A stretch of DNA of 64,000 nt from Candidatus Kaiserbacteria bacterium (GCA_023267655.1 JAHFMV010000004.1:10044-74043), one strand, 5' to 3'. Positions 40,954 through 50,648 are shown, counted from the stretch's first letter. Numbers and translations: made by a program. Notes: generated from the letters alone by a model not told the origin.

Positions 40954-41500
40954 AGTTGTTCTGACTCGCTTCCTGACTGTTTTTAAAAGCGGTGAGTTCA
41001 GGCGCGATTGTACCATATTCGGGCATCTTTTCCCGCTCAGTCACCCCCAGATGTGCCAGAAGATCGGTCGTTGCGCGGTAGATGAATTCGCGACCATCGA
41101 GTGGATTGCCGCTTCGCTCGACAAGTCCGCGGATGAGAAGCGTGCGAATGGTCGACGACGAATTCACGCCGCGAATATAGTCGATCGTTGCGCGCGTCGA
41201 AGGGCCTTCGTAGAGAAGTACCGCGAGGACTTCGAGTCCCGCGTCGCCGATATCGCGTTCGTATTCTTCAGTCGCTTTTTTGAGGACGGCGTCTTTTGCA
41301 TCAGGCGCGATTGCGAGCACAGCTTCGGTATCGGATACGATGAGGGTGAGGCCGGTGCCCTCGAGGGTGCGCGCGAGCGAAGCGAGCGCGCTTTTCAAAT
41401 CGCCTTCTCTGCAGCCGAGCGATTTCGTGAGCGATTTAAACGTGAGCGCGCCGCCTTCTGCAAAAAGCAACGCCTGTACTTGTATCGCGAGTTTATCCAT
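40913..41500 (-). CDS. scpB: SMC-Scp complex subunit ScpB
   Basis: ALLF, LEVLA...Y..P.TR..ID.IRGVNS. Confidence 0.92.
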   Translation of the reverse strand: MDKLAIQVQALLFAEGGALTFKSLTKSLGCREGDLKSALASLARTLEGTGLTLIVSDTEAVLAIAPDAKDAVLKKATEEYERDIGDAGLEVLAVLLYEGPSTRATIDYIRGVNSSSTIRTLLIRGLVERSGNPLDGREFIYRATTDLLAHLGVTEREKMPEYGTIAPELTAFKNSQEASQNNYAAESTSITEDAI

Positions 41501-42239
41501 ATTTGGGGACGCCTTCGGCAGCGTCAGATTCGAGAATTATATCGCTAAAAAGTTTATCTTGTGTGACGGAGATAGAACCATGCCGAACTAATTCGAGGAT
41601 CGCAAGGAAATGCACGATCGAGTCGTGCCGCGATGCGCCCTTGGTGATGTCGCTCCAGCGTGTCCGCGCAGCACGCGTGAGACGCTCTTTCAAGCTCACA
41701 ATGACGTCCTCTAATTTTAAAATCGGCGCAACGGTCGCTTCCGCAACGCGCTCTGGTTTCGGCAGCGTGTTGACCAACTTTTGAACGGCACGAAGCAGCG
41801 TTTGTAGTGCCGCTTCTCCGGGCGCGAATTTCGGTTTATCGACGCCAAGGATTTTCATAACGTCGGGCGCGCGTCGTGCAAACTGCAATGGCGCTTTCCC
41901 CCACTCCTTTTTGAGCAGCCTTGATGCTTCGCGTATTTTTGCGAGCCGTTTGAGGCGGCGTTCCAATTCGTCGATAGACAACTCTTCCTCTTCGGTGAGC
42001 GGCACCGGGAGAAGCGAACGAGATTTAATGAGAAGGAGTGTCGATGCGACAAGCACGAACTGTGACGTCTCGGAGAGCGGCAGTTCAGGTAACTTTTCAA
42101 CGTACGCCAAATATGCATCGCAGACTTCTGAAAGCGACACGAGTGAGACGGCGAGCTTGCGCGATTCAATAAGATCGAGCAGTGTCTCAAGCGGTCCCTC
42201 GTAATGTTCGGACTCTATTTTAAACTTCTCCATCGTCAT
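41493..42239 (-). CDS. scpA: Segregation and condensation protein ScpA
   Basis: EGPL..LL.LI, LL.IKS..LLP, FLAILEL. Confidence 0.92.
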   Translation of the reverse strand: MTMEKFKIESEHYEGPLETLLDLIESRKLAVSLVSLSEVCDAYLAYVEKLPELPLSETSQFVLVASTLLLIKSRSLLPVPLTEEEELSIDELERRLKRLAKIREASRLLKKEWGKAPLQFARRAPDVMKILGVDKPKFAPGEAALQTLLRAVQKLVNTLPKPERVAEATVAPILKLEDVIVSLKERLTRAARTRWSDITKGASRHDSIVHFLAILELVRHGSISVTQDKLFSDIILESDAAEGVPKYG

Positions 42240-43560
42240 TTAGTCTACCATCGATGCGGTTCATATCGCGTGGGAACATCGTCGCTTCACGAATATTTTT
42301 GAGGCCGAGGATTTGCATCGTCATGCGTTCGGCGCCGAGAGCAAAGCCACCTTCCGGCGGGACGCCGTAGCGAAATGCCTCGAGGAACATTTCGATCTTT
42401 GCGGGGTCCATCCCCCATTTTTCGACATGCTCCATGAGTTGGTTGTACTCATTGATTCGGCGTCCGCCCGAGAGCCATTCGACACCGCGGCAGAGGAGAT
42501 CCATACCTTCGTTGAACTCGGGGTTTTCCGCGTTTGGATAGACATAAAACGGTTTGGCTCGCGTTGGGTATCCATAGACGTAGACGAAATCCGATCCAGT
42601 TTCTTCTTTAATAATTTCGCAAATTCTTCGCTCGTGTTCTGGGTTCAGATCTTTATCCGCAGGAACACCTAATTTTTCAAACACCTCTGTTAGCGAGAGC
42701 GTCGGCGTTTCGTCGATCATCGATGGTAGCGTCGCGCCAAGGAGCGTTAATTCGTCTGCGCATTTTTCTTGGACCTGCGCGAGGATATATTTTACGGTTT
42801 TCTCCGACATATCGCGCACGTCTTTCCACGAATCAATAAACGCCATTTCAGCGTCGAGAGAGACGATTTCGGTGAGATGCCGCGTGGTCGCGGATGGTTC
42901 AGCGCGGAAGACTTTGTTGACAGAAAAAACGCGCTCAAACGCGGTCATGACGATTTGCTTGTATAACTGCGGTGACTGGGTGAGGTATGCTTTTGAATCA
43001 AAATATTTTATTTCAAAGACTTCCGATCCGCCTTCGGCCGTTGCGGGCACCATTGCGGGCGCTTGGAACTCGAAAAAATCCTGTTGCTTCATAAACTCGC
43101 GGAACGAATCAATGATGACCGCTTGGACTTTGAAAATCGCCTGGAGACGCGGATGACGAAGCGTGAGCGCGCGGTGATCGAGTTCGGTCGTAAGATCGAG
43201 ATTAAATCCATCGAGCGACATATCAAATGGCAACACCTCGGCCTGTGAAAGTGTCGTCAGCTGTAGCACTTCAAGTTCGATATCGCCGTTCTGCACCTTT
43301 GGATTGCGATTCTTTTCGGGTCGCTCATTTACTTTTCCTTCGACGGATACGACAGATTCGAGGCGTGTTTCTTTTGCGAGCTCGATCGCTTCGCTTTTCG
43401 GTAAGACAACTGCCTGCACCGTTCCAGACCGATCGCGAATATCAAAAAACACCATCTTGCCTTGATCGCGACGCACCGAAATCCAGCCTTTGACGACGAC
43501 TGTATTGCCGACTTCAGTCCGCAGGTCACGTACGAGAGTTCTTTGTGCTTTTGGTGACAT
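42220..43560 (-). CDS. aspS: Aspartate--tRNA ligase, short non-discriminating type
   Basis: OB fold, QSPQLYKQ, FRAE.S.T.RHL.E, YG.PP.GG...G.ER, FPRD; 446 aa without GAD domain. Confidence 0.92.
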   Translation of the reverse strand: MSPKAQRTLVRDLRTEVGNTVVVKGWISVRRDQGKMVFFDIRDRSGTVQAVVLPKSEAIELAKETRLESVVSVEGKVNERPEKNRNPKVQNGDIELEVLQLTTLSQAEVLPFDMSLDGFNLDLTTELDHRALTLRHPRLQAIFKVQAVIIDSFREFMKQQDFFEFQAPAMVPATAEGGSEVFEIKYFDSKAYLTQSPQLYKQIVMTAFERVFSVNKVFRAEPSATTRHLTEIVSLDAEMAFIDSWKDVRDMSEKTVKYILAQVQEKCADELTLLGATLPSMIDETPTLSLTEVFEKLGVPADKDLNPEHERRICEIIKEETGSDFVYVYGYPTRAKPFYVYPNAENPEFNEGMDLLCRGVEWLSGGRRINEYNQLMEHVEKWGMDPAKIEMFLEAFRYGVPPEGGFALGAERMTMQILGLKNIREATMFPRDMNRIDGRLNDDGEV

Positions 43561-43567
43561 ATTTGTG

Positions 43568-43602
43568 TAAATTCTAAATTTGAAATTTAAAATTTTAAAT
43601 TA
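43568..43602. repeat. AAATT-core heptamer array
   Basis: TAAATTC TAAATTT GAAATTT AAAATTT TAAATTA. Confidence 0.65.
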
Positions 43603-44533
43603 AACTTACGCCTACTTTCTGTCGCACGTCCGTCATTTTCTTCGCGGCATATTCGCGTGCTTTATCACTTCCCTCTTTCAAGACACGTCGCACTTCGTCA
43701 TCAGTAATTGAATTGCGCTTCTCGCGCATCGGCGCAACGAGGTTCTCTATATCAGCGATCAGCGCTTCTTTCAACGCTTTGTAGCTGCCTTTATTTGCTT
43801 CGTAGATAGTAGCGAGCTCGGATTCGCTTCTGAAATTCTTGTGGATTTGATAGACGTTTTCCGGTCGCTGGCCCGACGAATCCGTCACGATCGACATCAC
43901 GGCTTTTGCAATCTCATCTTTCGAGCCGAACAGTGGGATGGTGTTGCCATAACTCTTTGACATTTTCTTGCCATCGGTTCCCGGGATGATCGCGATTTGT
44001 TTGTTGATCAATTCTTTTGGTTCTTTAAACGTCTCGCCATACGCGTTGTTGAATTTTGCAGCCGCTTCGCGCGCGTATTCCAGATGCTGCCGCTGATCCT
44101 CGCCAACAGGCACAACATCGGTGTCATAGAGCAAAATATCCGCGGCCATGAGCATCGGGTAATTGAAAAGTCCCGCGTTTGCCTCTAATCCTTTTGCGAC
44201 TTTGTCTTTATAGGCGTGTGAGAGTTCCAAAAAAGGCACGGTCACCAGACACTCAAAAATCCACGCCATTTCGGTGTGCTCGTGCACTTGTGATTGCTGG
44301 AAAATGATGCATTTCGACGGCTCAACACCGACCGCCATGTAGTCTTTCACGACGTTGAAAATATTTTGCCGGAGTGCTGCCGGGTCACGCAGCGACGTGA
44401 CGGCGTGATAGTCAGCAACCATCAGGTAGCTTTCGTAGGTATCGTACATTTCGGCAAATGGCTTCAGAACACCAAAATAGTTGCCGATGTGGAGCGCGCC
44501 TGAAGATTGCAGACCCGTGAGAAGCCGTTGCAT
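43595..44533 (-). CDS. trpS: Tryptophan--tRNA ligase
   Basis: LHIGNY, YP.LMAADIL, VPVGEDQ.QH, KMSKS. Confidence 0.97.
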   Translation of the reverse strand: MQRLLTGLQSSGALHIGNYFGVLKPFAEMYDTYESYLMVADYHAVTSLRDPAALRQNIFNVVKDYMAVGVEPSKCIIFQQSQVHEHTEMAWIFECLVTVPFLELSHAYKDKVAKGLEANAGLFNYPMLMAADILLYDTDVVPVGEDQRQHLEYAREAAAKFNNAYGETFKEPKELINKQIAIIPGTDGKKMSKSYGNTIPLFGSKDEIAKAVMSIVTDSSGQRPENVYQIHKNFRSESELATIYEANKGSYKALKEALIADIENLVAPMREKRNSITDDEVRRVLKEGSDKAREYAAKKMTDVRQKVGVSLI

Positions 44534-44559
44534 AGCGGCATAATAGCAGAAAAGAGACT

Positions 44560-44880
44560 CTATGCTACGCTGACAATCTTTACTTTTGTGTACGGCTGGC
44601 GATGGCCCTTTTTCTTGTAGTAACGGGACTTCTGGCGGTAACGGATGACGGTGACTTTGTCGTCGCGGCCTTCTTCGAGGATTTCGCCCGAGACCTTTGC
44701 GCCGGAAACACCGGGCATGCCGACTTTCACATCAGCGCCATCGGCGGTAAGGAGGACATTTTCAAAGGCAACCTTCGAGCCGACGCCTTTATGACCCTTC
44801 AAAGTTTCCACAAAAATGACGTCCCCGTCTTTGACGAGGTACTGTTTCGAGCCGGTCTCGATAATCGCGAATTTGGACAT
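44560..44880 (-). CDS. rplU: 50S ribosomal protein L21
   Basis: FAIIETGSKQY.V..GD, KKGHRQPYT. Confidence 0.95.
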   Translation of the reverse strand: MSKFAIIETGSKQYLVKDGDVIFVETLKGHKGVGSKVAFENVLLTADGADVKVGMPGVSGAKVSGEILEEGRDDKVTVIRYRQKSRYYKKKGHRQPYTKVKIVSVA

Positions 44881-44961
44881 GGCGAGAAATATACCGTATT
44901 TGCTCTGAAAAGCAAGAAATGCTACTTTCAAGTCAGAACCAATTACACGAGGATTCAGTCG

Positions 44962-45327
44962 ATGCAACTTCAACCACCTTTACGCCACAGAAAGCGCGCC
45001 GACAAGCCGATGGGCCCAATGCAGTATTTAGTGATTAAGACAGTTGCTAAACTTATGCCAAATGCATATGGTATGGAAGTGATCGAACAAGTTGACAATC
45101 AATTGGAATCGGTTACGGATTCTGGGCAAATTTATGTCACTCTAGATCGGCTCGTTGGCAAAGGTTACTTGAAAAGTTACGAGATGCCTTCTCCGCGCAA
45201 AACTGGACACACGGTATCCGGTTATATCATTACGCCAAATGGCGGTGTAGCGATGGCGATTGCGGACAAGTTCTATGGATTGCTCGGCAGACTTGCGTCG
45301 GAAACAAATGTCGCTGTCACCGACTAA
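44962..45327 (+). CDS. PadR-like winged-helix protein
   Basis: AYG.E......G.IY.TL.RL..KGYL..Y.IT..G. Confidence 0.72.
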   Translation: MQLQPPLRHRKRADKPMGPMQYLVIKTVAKLMPNAYGMEVIEQVDNQLESVTDSGQIYVTLDRLVGKGYLKSYEMPSPRKTGHTVSGYIITPNGGVAMAIADKFYGLLGRLASETNVAVTD

Positions 45328-45329
45328 AC

Positions 45330-45364
45330 AACCCCGCCTTAAATACGTTTGAGGCGGGGTTTTT
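45330..45364. terminator. Intrinsic terminator
   Basis: AACCCCGCCTTAAA..TTTGAGGCGGGGTT + T tract. Confidence 0.75.
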
Positions 45365-46424
45365 ATACTTCGCTCTGAGGTCTCTCCAAAAGTCCGACCT
45401 CAATCCCCGCGGATTCTCCAGTAATACGCAAGACGTCTTTATCAATCTTCCCCAATTCTTTCGAGCCCGCGTTAAAATGATTTACCGTCGTCGAGAGTGA
45501 CGTGCCTAATTTTTTGTAGTAATCCTCGTATGCCTTCAGATGCCGTGAGAGATTTTCGACATTTTTGGCGATGTCTTTTGCCGTTTCTTCGATTTTAAAT
45601 GCTTTGAAGCCGTAGAGGACTGATTGGAGGTAGGCGGCGAAGGTCGTCGGCGAGACGATGATGACTTTCTTTTCGTTGTAGGCGTAATCGATAAGGTTGC
45701 GCGTGTTTACTTTCACCGACCCGACTTCGTTGATGAGAAGGTCGTAATAAATCGCTTCGGCTGGGATGTACATAAAGGCAAACGGGAGCGTACCGTCTTT
45801 GGGACGCACGTATTTCGCTGTCTCGTCGATGCGCATTTTGAGGTCGTTTTTAAATTGCTTTTCCAGTTCCTCGCGCTGTCGATCATCGATCGCATTCACG
45901 AGCCGCTGATAATTATCGAGCGAGAATTTGGCATCAATCGGGATCATGCCGTCTTTGGTCACGATCACCGCATCAACCGTCTCACCACCCGGAAATTCGT
46001 GCTGCATCTTGTACGAGCCGGGCGGGAGGATATTGCCGAGGATTAATTCTAGAGACGCCTCGCCGAGGTTCCCGCGCTGCTTCTGGTGCTTCAAGACCTT
46101 TTCGAGATTCTGCAGTTGTTCGGCAAGTGTAAAAACCTGTTTCGTCGATTCTTTTGTCTCCGTCACGCCCTTGATGACTTCGAGAAGATCGCGTGAGACT
46201 TTTTCGGTGACATCGCTCATCATGCGTTGGATGTGTTCAGTCTGCGAGCGTGAGGTGTCGTTCAAGCGATTTGTTCCCTCGCCCATCATGCGCGCCATGT
46301 CTTGCAGCTGGTTCTGGAGGAGCATCAGACCCTTCCCGTCATCCTGCGGGGCGCGGCGTTGCAGTACAAAGTACGCCACAAGCGCAAGATTGGCGATAAG
46401 GAGACCGATAATGAGCCATTCCAT
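45363..46424 (-). CDS. rmuC: DNA recombination protein RmuC
   Basis: K.RG.LGE..L, IDAKF, F.FMYIP.E..Y, SPTT. Confidence 0.92.
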   Translation of the reverse strand: MEWLIIGLLIANLALVAYFVLQRRAPQDDGKGLMLLQNQLQDMARMMGEGTNRLNDTSRSQTEHIQRMMSDVTEKVSRDLLEVIKGVTETKESTKQVFTLAEQLQNLEKVLKHQKQRGNLGEASLELILGNILPPGSYKMQHEFPGGETVDAVIVTKDGMIPIDAKFSLDNYQRLVNAIDDRQREELEKQFKNDLKMRIDETAKYVRPKDGTLPFAFMYIPAEAIYYDLLINEVGSVKVNTRNLIDYAYNEKKVIIVSPTTFAAYLQSVLYGFKAFKIEETAKDIAKNVENLSRHLKAYEDYYKKLGTSLSTTVNHFNAGSKELGKIDKDVLRITGESAGIEVGLLERPQSEV

Positions 46425-46507
46425 CCGACCATACTATCATGTGGACGATTTTGCTTTGAAGCGGTATGCTCGTTAAAGAGAATACACATCAACCAGTGGA
46501 GACCGAC

Positions 46508-47098
46508 GTGCACAATCTTGACCAGTATCGCGCAGCCGCGCTTGAAAACGTGCGGATTAGCGGCTATGAACCTCGCTTCGTCATCCCAAGAAAACACGAT
46601 GATGGAGAGACTCGCGAAGACCAGTCTTTTGAGAGGCACGTAGTCATAATGGAAGCGGTCTTAAATCCGCACAATCGGCGACTCGTACACCCTGTCATTC
46701 TTAATACGAATCTGTGTGATGACCGAGAAATTCTATGGCGAACCGGAATTCCCGGTGCGATGTATGGAGAACTGCCGAGCGGAAAATTCACCAAATGGTT
46801 GCTCGCGTACTGGTGGGCGAAAATACGGCAACGAGTCACCGAATTTGACACGGCATCAACGGAGGAGAAAGAAGTGTTTGTCTGGCAGATGCATGATTTT
46901 TTTCTGTGTTTGCAGCCGTTCATCCGCGGCAATGGCAGAACAGCGCGTCTTGTGCAACATAATTTACGACAAGTACTTGGCATGCCGCGGCATATCATCC
47001 AATATGGGAAGGCTAAAGAGTATTATGGCCACGTCAACGAATATCGCGTGGAAACATTCGTTCCGATGATGCGATGTCATGGATACATTCCGTCGTAG
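46508..47098 (+). CDS. Fic-domain protein with degenerate motif
   Basis: QPFIRGNGRTAR versus canonical HPF.DGNGR..R; GTG start behind GGAG (ATG 46466 alternative). Confidence 0.75.
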   Translation: MHNLDQYRAAALENVRISGYEPRFVIPRKHDDGETREDQSFERHVVIMEAVLNPHNRRLVHPVILNTNLCDDREILWRTGIPGAMYGELPSGKFTKWLLAYWWAKIRQRVTEFDTASTEEKEVFVWQMHDFFLCLQPFIRGNGRTARLVQHNLRQVLGMPRHIIQYGKAKEYYGHVNEYRVETFVPMMRCHGYIPS

Positions 47099-47106
47099 GG
47101 TCTTTT

Positions 47107-47140
47107 GGCGGGTGGCTGCGCAGCAGCCACCCGCCTTCTT
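47107..47140 (+). terminator. Intrinsic terminator after Fic gene
   Basis: GGCGGGTGGCTGC-GCA-GCAGCCACCCGCC TTCTT. Confidence 0.75.
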
Positions 47141-47142
47141 CA

Positions 47143-47171
47143 TTGACAGTACAGCTGTGGTCTTTTATTCT
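47143..47171 (+). promoter_or_regulatory. Near-consensus sigma70 promoter
   Basis: TTGACA-17 nt-TATTCT. Confidence 0.65.
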
Positions 47172-47177
47172 TCATGA

Positions 47178-47298
47178 TAGGTTCGTGACACTCGCGCAAC
47201 ATATGCCGGTCTCCCCGTCCGGTAGCGCGAGAGCCTATGGTTACCCTCCCATAGGCGACAGCGGCGCGTCGAGTCCTTCGACGCGCCGCCAACTTTTT
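47178..47298 (+). ncRNA. Candidate small RNA, three hairpins
   Basis: Stems 47191-47231, 47233-47256, 47261-47289 then T tract; own promoter. Confidence 0.5.
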
Positions 47299-47343
47299 CA
47301 GCTTGTTCGCAGCGTTTTCATATCTTATACTTCAAGTCATTGT

Positions 47344-47790
47344 ATGCTCGCACAAAAAATTAAGGAGGACATGAAAGAGGCCATGAAGGCCAAAGACGAT
47401 CTGCGTGTTCAGACGCTCCGCGGCGCGATGGCCGCGTTTACGAACGAGCTCGTTGCGAAAGGTAAAAAACCGACGGACGAAGTGGATGACGCTATGGCGA
47501 TGGCGGTTTTAAAACGCCTCGGCAAACAGCGCAAAGACTCCGCCGAACAATTCACCAAAGGCAATCGACCGGAACTCGCTGCAAAAGAAATGAGCGAACT
47601 GAAAATCATCGAAAGCTACTTGCCGCAGCAAGCGAGCCGCGAGGATGTTGAGAAAGTCGCCCGTGCTAAAAAAGAAGAGCTCGGTATCGATGCCGCTGGC
47701 AAGGGCAAACTGATGGGCATCGTTATGAAAGAATTGGGCGGAAATGCCGACGGAGGCGTTGTTAAAGAGGTTGTTGATTCCCTCTTCTAA
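47344..47790 (+). CDS. GatB/YqeY domain protein
   Basis: I..DMK.AMKAKD, KQRKDS...F..G.R.ELA.KE..E...YLP.Q. Confidence 0.92.
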   Translation: MLAQKIKEDMKEAMKAKDDLRVQTLRGAMAAFTNELVAKGKKPTDEVDDAMAMAVLKRLGKQRKDSAEQFTKGNRPELAAKEMSELKIIESYLPQQASREDVEKVARAKKEELGIDAAGKGKLMGIVMKELGGNADGGVVKEVVDSLF

Positions 47791-47791
47791 T

Positions 47792-48982
47792 CTACAGAAC
47801 TTTTTGCAAGCGGTTCGCGAGAAAGACTGACCACGCAGCGGCAATTGCGGCGACGAGAAGCGAAGCCGCGAATGCGAGCGACTCGACCGTCATGAGGGCG
47901 AGTGTGATAAACAAAATACAGAGCACAATGCGGCCGATCGCGAGACCCATTTCTTTTATTGCGGTGTATTCGTCGACAAAATGTCCGCCATCGGCTGATT
48001 GTTCGTAGGCATATGAATCGATGCTATAGCGACGCGGAGATGTGCCAGCGTTGTAGTAGATATCGACGGCAAGGATTTGTATCGGCGACGCGGCAGCGAG
48101 GCGTAAAATCCAACTTGAAAAGACGAGAGCGGCGGTGATGGTGGGCGACTTTTCAGAACCGAGTGCACGGAGAATGTTGCGCACGATAAAGCGTGCGAGA
48201 AACGTGACGCAGAGCGTCGCGGTCAGAATCGCGCCGAGCGAGACAAACGATTGCTTTAGCAGTAAGAACGCCGCAAGTGGCCAAATGAGAAGCAGTGCCG
48301 CTCCTTGGAAGCCGTCGAGAATAAAAAGTCCGACAGCAAGATTATTGCGACGTGCAACGAATTCTCGTAGTGTTTGCATAAATGTCCACTCGAACGGTTC
48401 GTACGATTCGTCAAATGGAAAAAGTGCAAGGGCTGCTGCAACGATACCGGCGGCGATCGTGGCAAAAACAATGAACGGTCCATGCGTGATGGCAAGAAAT
48501 ACGTATCCTGCAATGGCTGGCATAAGCGCGACCAATGCTTCACGGGCGAGCGTTGAGGGAGATTGTTCGGCGCTCTGCGCTTCGGCTGTCTTGTACGGCA
48601 CCCAGTAGAGCGCGCGGGACATGCCATGCATGACGGTGAACAGCGCGACCAGCCAAAAGACACTTTCGCGAGAGAAAGTTGTTTCCGAAAAAAGCGCAGC
48701 GATCGCGATGAAGGCGCCGGCGCACGCGAGAGTGCCAAACGTAAGTGCACGTTTGACTCCACGACGAAGTGCCATGCCGGTCAGCGGCGTTAGAAAAAAG
48801 GTGATGACCTGCGACAGCGCATAGAGCGCGGCGACGCCAGCGAGAGATTCTTCAAGATTATTCGCCGAAACAAAAAAGACGCGGAACACCACCATCCACG
48901 CAAAAATATTTCCCGCAGAGAGCGCGCAGCGGAAAAGGAGCCGGTGTAGCGCAAGACTACTGTCTCCCTTGCGCAGTGCCAT
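47792..48982 (-). CDS. MFS-like multi-pass membrane protein
   Basis: 396 aa, about 12 hydrophobic segments. Confidence 0.65.
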   Translation of the reverse strand: MALRKGDSSLALHRLLFRCALSAGNIFAWMVVFRVFFVSANNLEESLAGVAALYALSQVITFFLTPLTGMALRRGVKRALTFGTLACAGAFIAIAALFSETTFSRESVFWLVALFTVMHGMSRALYWVPYKTAEAQSAEQSPSTLAREALVALMPAIAGYVFLAITHGPFIVFATIAAGIVAAALALFPFDESYEPFEWTFMQTLREFVARRNNLAVGLFILDGFQGAALLLIWPLAAFLLLKQSFVSLGAILTATLCVTFLARFIVRNILRALGSEKSPTITAALVFSSWILRLAAASPIQILAVDIYYNAGTSPRRYSIDSYAYEQSADGGHFVDEYTAIKEMGLAIGRIVLCILFITLALMTVESLAFAASLLVAAIAAAWSVFLANRLQKVL

Positions 48983-48988
48983 AGCGCC

Positions 48989-49360
48989 TTAATTTGGTCG
49001 GGTCGCAGCTCGTGGTCGCCAAAATGACGTGAGGAGCGGAATGATAGCAACGAGTGCATACCCGACCCACACACTCCAGGTTGCGTAGAGCGACCAGCCG
49101 GAAAACGGCGCGAGGAATAACGCATCAAGCAAAACGGCAACGATCGCCCAGCAAAGGCTAAACGGTAGTAAATCTTTCCAATTGGTAAGGCGCTGTGCAC
49201 GGCCGGCAATTGTCGTAATAAGCGCGAGGGCAAGAAGCCGCACCACGAGAGAAAGAATGCCCGCCGCGAGACCGTAGATCACGAGACCTGACCACAGTAA
49301 ATACATGACCGCATAAATCGCGATTCCCCACCCCAAAGCGCGCATCCCAAAACGCAACAT
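48989..49360 (-). CDS. Four-TM membrane protein
   Basis: Hydrophobic ORF filling the gap; start uncertain. Confidence 0.65.
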   Translation of the reverse strand: MLRFGMRALGWGIAIYAVMYLLWSGLVIYGLAAGILSLVVRLLALALITTIAGRAQRLTNWKDLLPFSLCWAIVAVLLDALFLAPFSGWSLYATWSVWVGYALVAIIPLLTSFWRPRAATRPN

Positions 49361-49567
49361 CCATATATCATACACCCCCGCAAGGCTTTCGCCCCACGAG
49401 GGTGTAGATAACGTCGATTGTTTAATTTCGTCGTCAAATTCTCAAGGAATTACTGGCATATGACAAAGCGCCCTTTCAGGCGCTTTGTCATACTTTTGGA
49501 GCGTGCGGCCGGTGGGCCGCTCATATCCAGAAAGATCGGCCTGGTTCGCGCTTTAGCGCGACCGAGC

Positions 49568-49900
49568 TTACCAAGAGTTGCGTCGTCCGCCTCCGCCGCC
49601 ACCTCCGCCCCAGTCGCCACCACCACCGCGATTGTCGCGGCGAGGGCGCTCCTCGAGAGGACGAGCTTCGTTGACCGTGAGCGTGCGTCCGCCGAAATCC
49701 TTGCCATTCCACATGTCGATCGCTTTTGTAGCGTCTTCATCGGCTGAGAATTCGACGAAACCAAATCCTTTCGATCGGCCGCTCATCTTATCCATGATGA
49801 TAACAGCAGATGATACAGATCCGGCTTGCGCAAACGCTTCCTTGAGCTGATCGTCCGTGGTTGAGTACGGAAGGCCGCCCACATATAACTTCTTTGCCAT
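49568..49900 (-). CDS. RRM RNA-binding protein with Gly-rich tail
   Basis: RNP2 LYVGGL, RNP1 KGFGFVEF, VNEARP. Confidence 0.95.
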   Translation of the reverse strand: MAKKLYVGGLPYSTTDDQLKEAFAQAGSVSSAVIIMDKMSGRSKGFGFVEFSADEDATKAIDMWNGKDFGGRTLTVNEARPLEERPRRDNRGGGGDWGGGGGGGGRRNSW

Positions 49901-50245
49901 GTCTGTGAGAAACTGTTTAAAAAGTCTATCTGCGTTGTTGCGGGGCCCCGCGTCGCTTTCGTCGTATCTCGATACGCCTCAGTCACCGCATTCCCCGCGC
50001 CTAGCACCTAGAGCTTTTTCAATCAGTTTCTTAAAAATTGCTTTTGTAAATCATGTAAACCAACCTCTTCCTTTCCCAAAGCCTCAGCTTGCACCTCCGC
50101 CGGTGGGGAAAACTTACATTCCCCGCCACCCTAGCACATGGCGTAAATAGGGCAAGTGCCGAACTTGCCTACCTGTGGAAAACGTTGTAGGGTTGCGGCG
50201 GTACAGGAACAGGGTTCCTGCCGTGAACATGCCTTGGAGGGCATT

Positions 50246-50464
50246 ATGGACGAGATTGAAAGGCTCAACAAAAAGAATCAGTTCAAGCGGGCGATCCGAA
50301 AGGACATCGCCCAACAACGTGCATTCGCTGTTGGCGAGGAAGCGCTGTTCGACGAAGCATACAGAGACTTCCTCGAGGAGGAATGGCAGGCATGGAATGC
50401 CATCGATCCAGAGGACGGCACCGCAAACAACAACGAGGCCAGCGGCATGAACAAAGGCCCATAG
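50246..50464 (+). CDS. Hypothetical acidic protein (72 aa, SD-led)
   Basis: GGAGG 5 nt before ATG; strong terminator follows. Confidence 0.6.
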   Translation: MDEIERLNKKNQFKRAIRKDIAQQRAFAVGEEALFDEAYRDFLEEEWQAWNAIDPEDGTANNNEASGMNKGP

Positions 50465-50472
50465 CCGCAGAA

Positions 50473-50513
50473 AGGCCGGCGAGCACGCGTGCTCGCCGGC
50501 CTGCGATTTTTTT
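50473..50513 (+). terminator. Intrinsic terminator
   Basis: AGGCCGGCGAGCACG/CGTGCTCGCCGGCCT + T tract. Confidence 0.75.
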
Positions 50514-50648
50514 GTGGTCATAGATATTTTTCTCGCCGACGCTCAAAAAATTCCACGACCCTGACTCGCACCCGCATCAGCTGATGCGGGTCCCGCTCCG
50601 TCTTCCAAAACGCTAAAATCCTGCCCCCGGCAGGATTTTAGTACGTTG

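Noticed and set aside
44602-44961. Long N-terminal extension of the PadR-like ORF
   Set aside because: Overlaps rplU antisense; SD-like GAGGA precedes ATG 44962.
47074-47343. N-terminal extension of the YqeY ORF
   Set aside because: Crosses two terminator-like hairpins; family similarity begins at ATG 47344.
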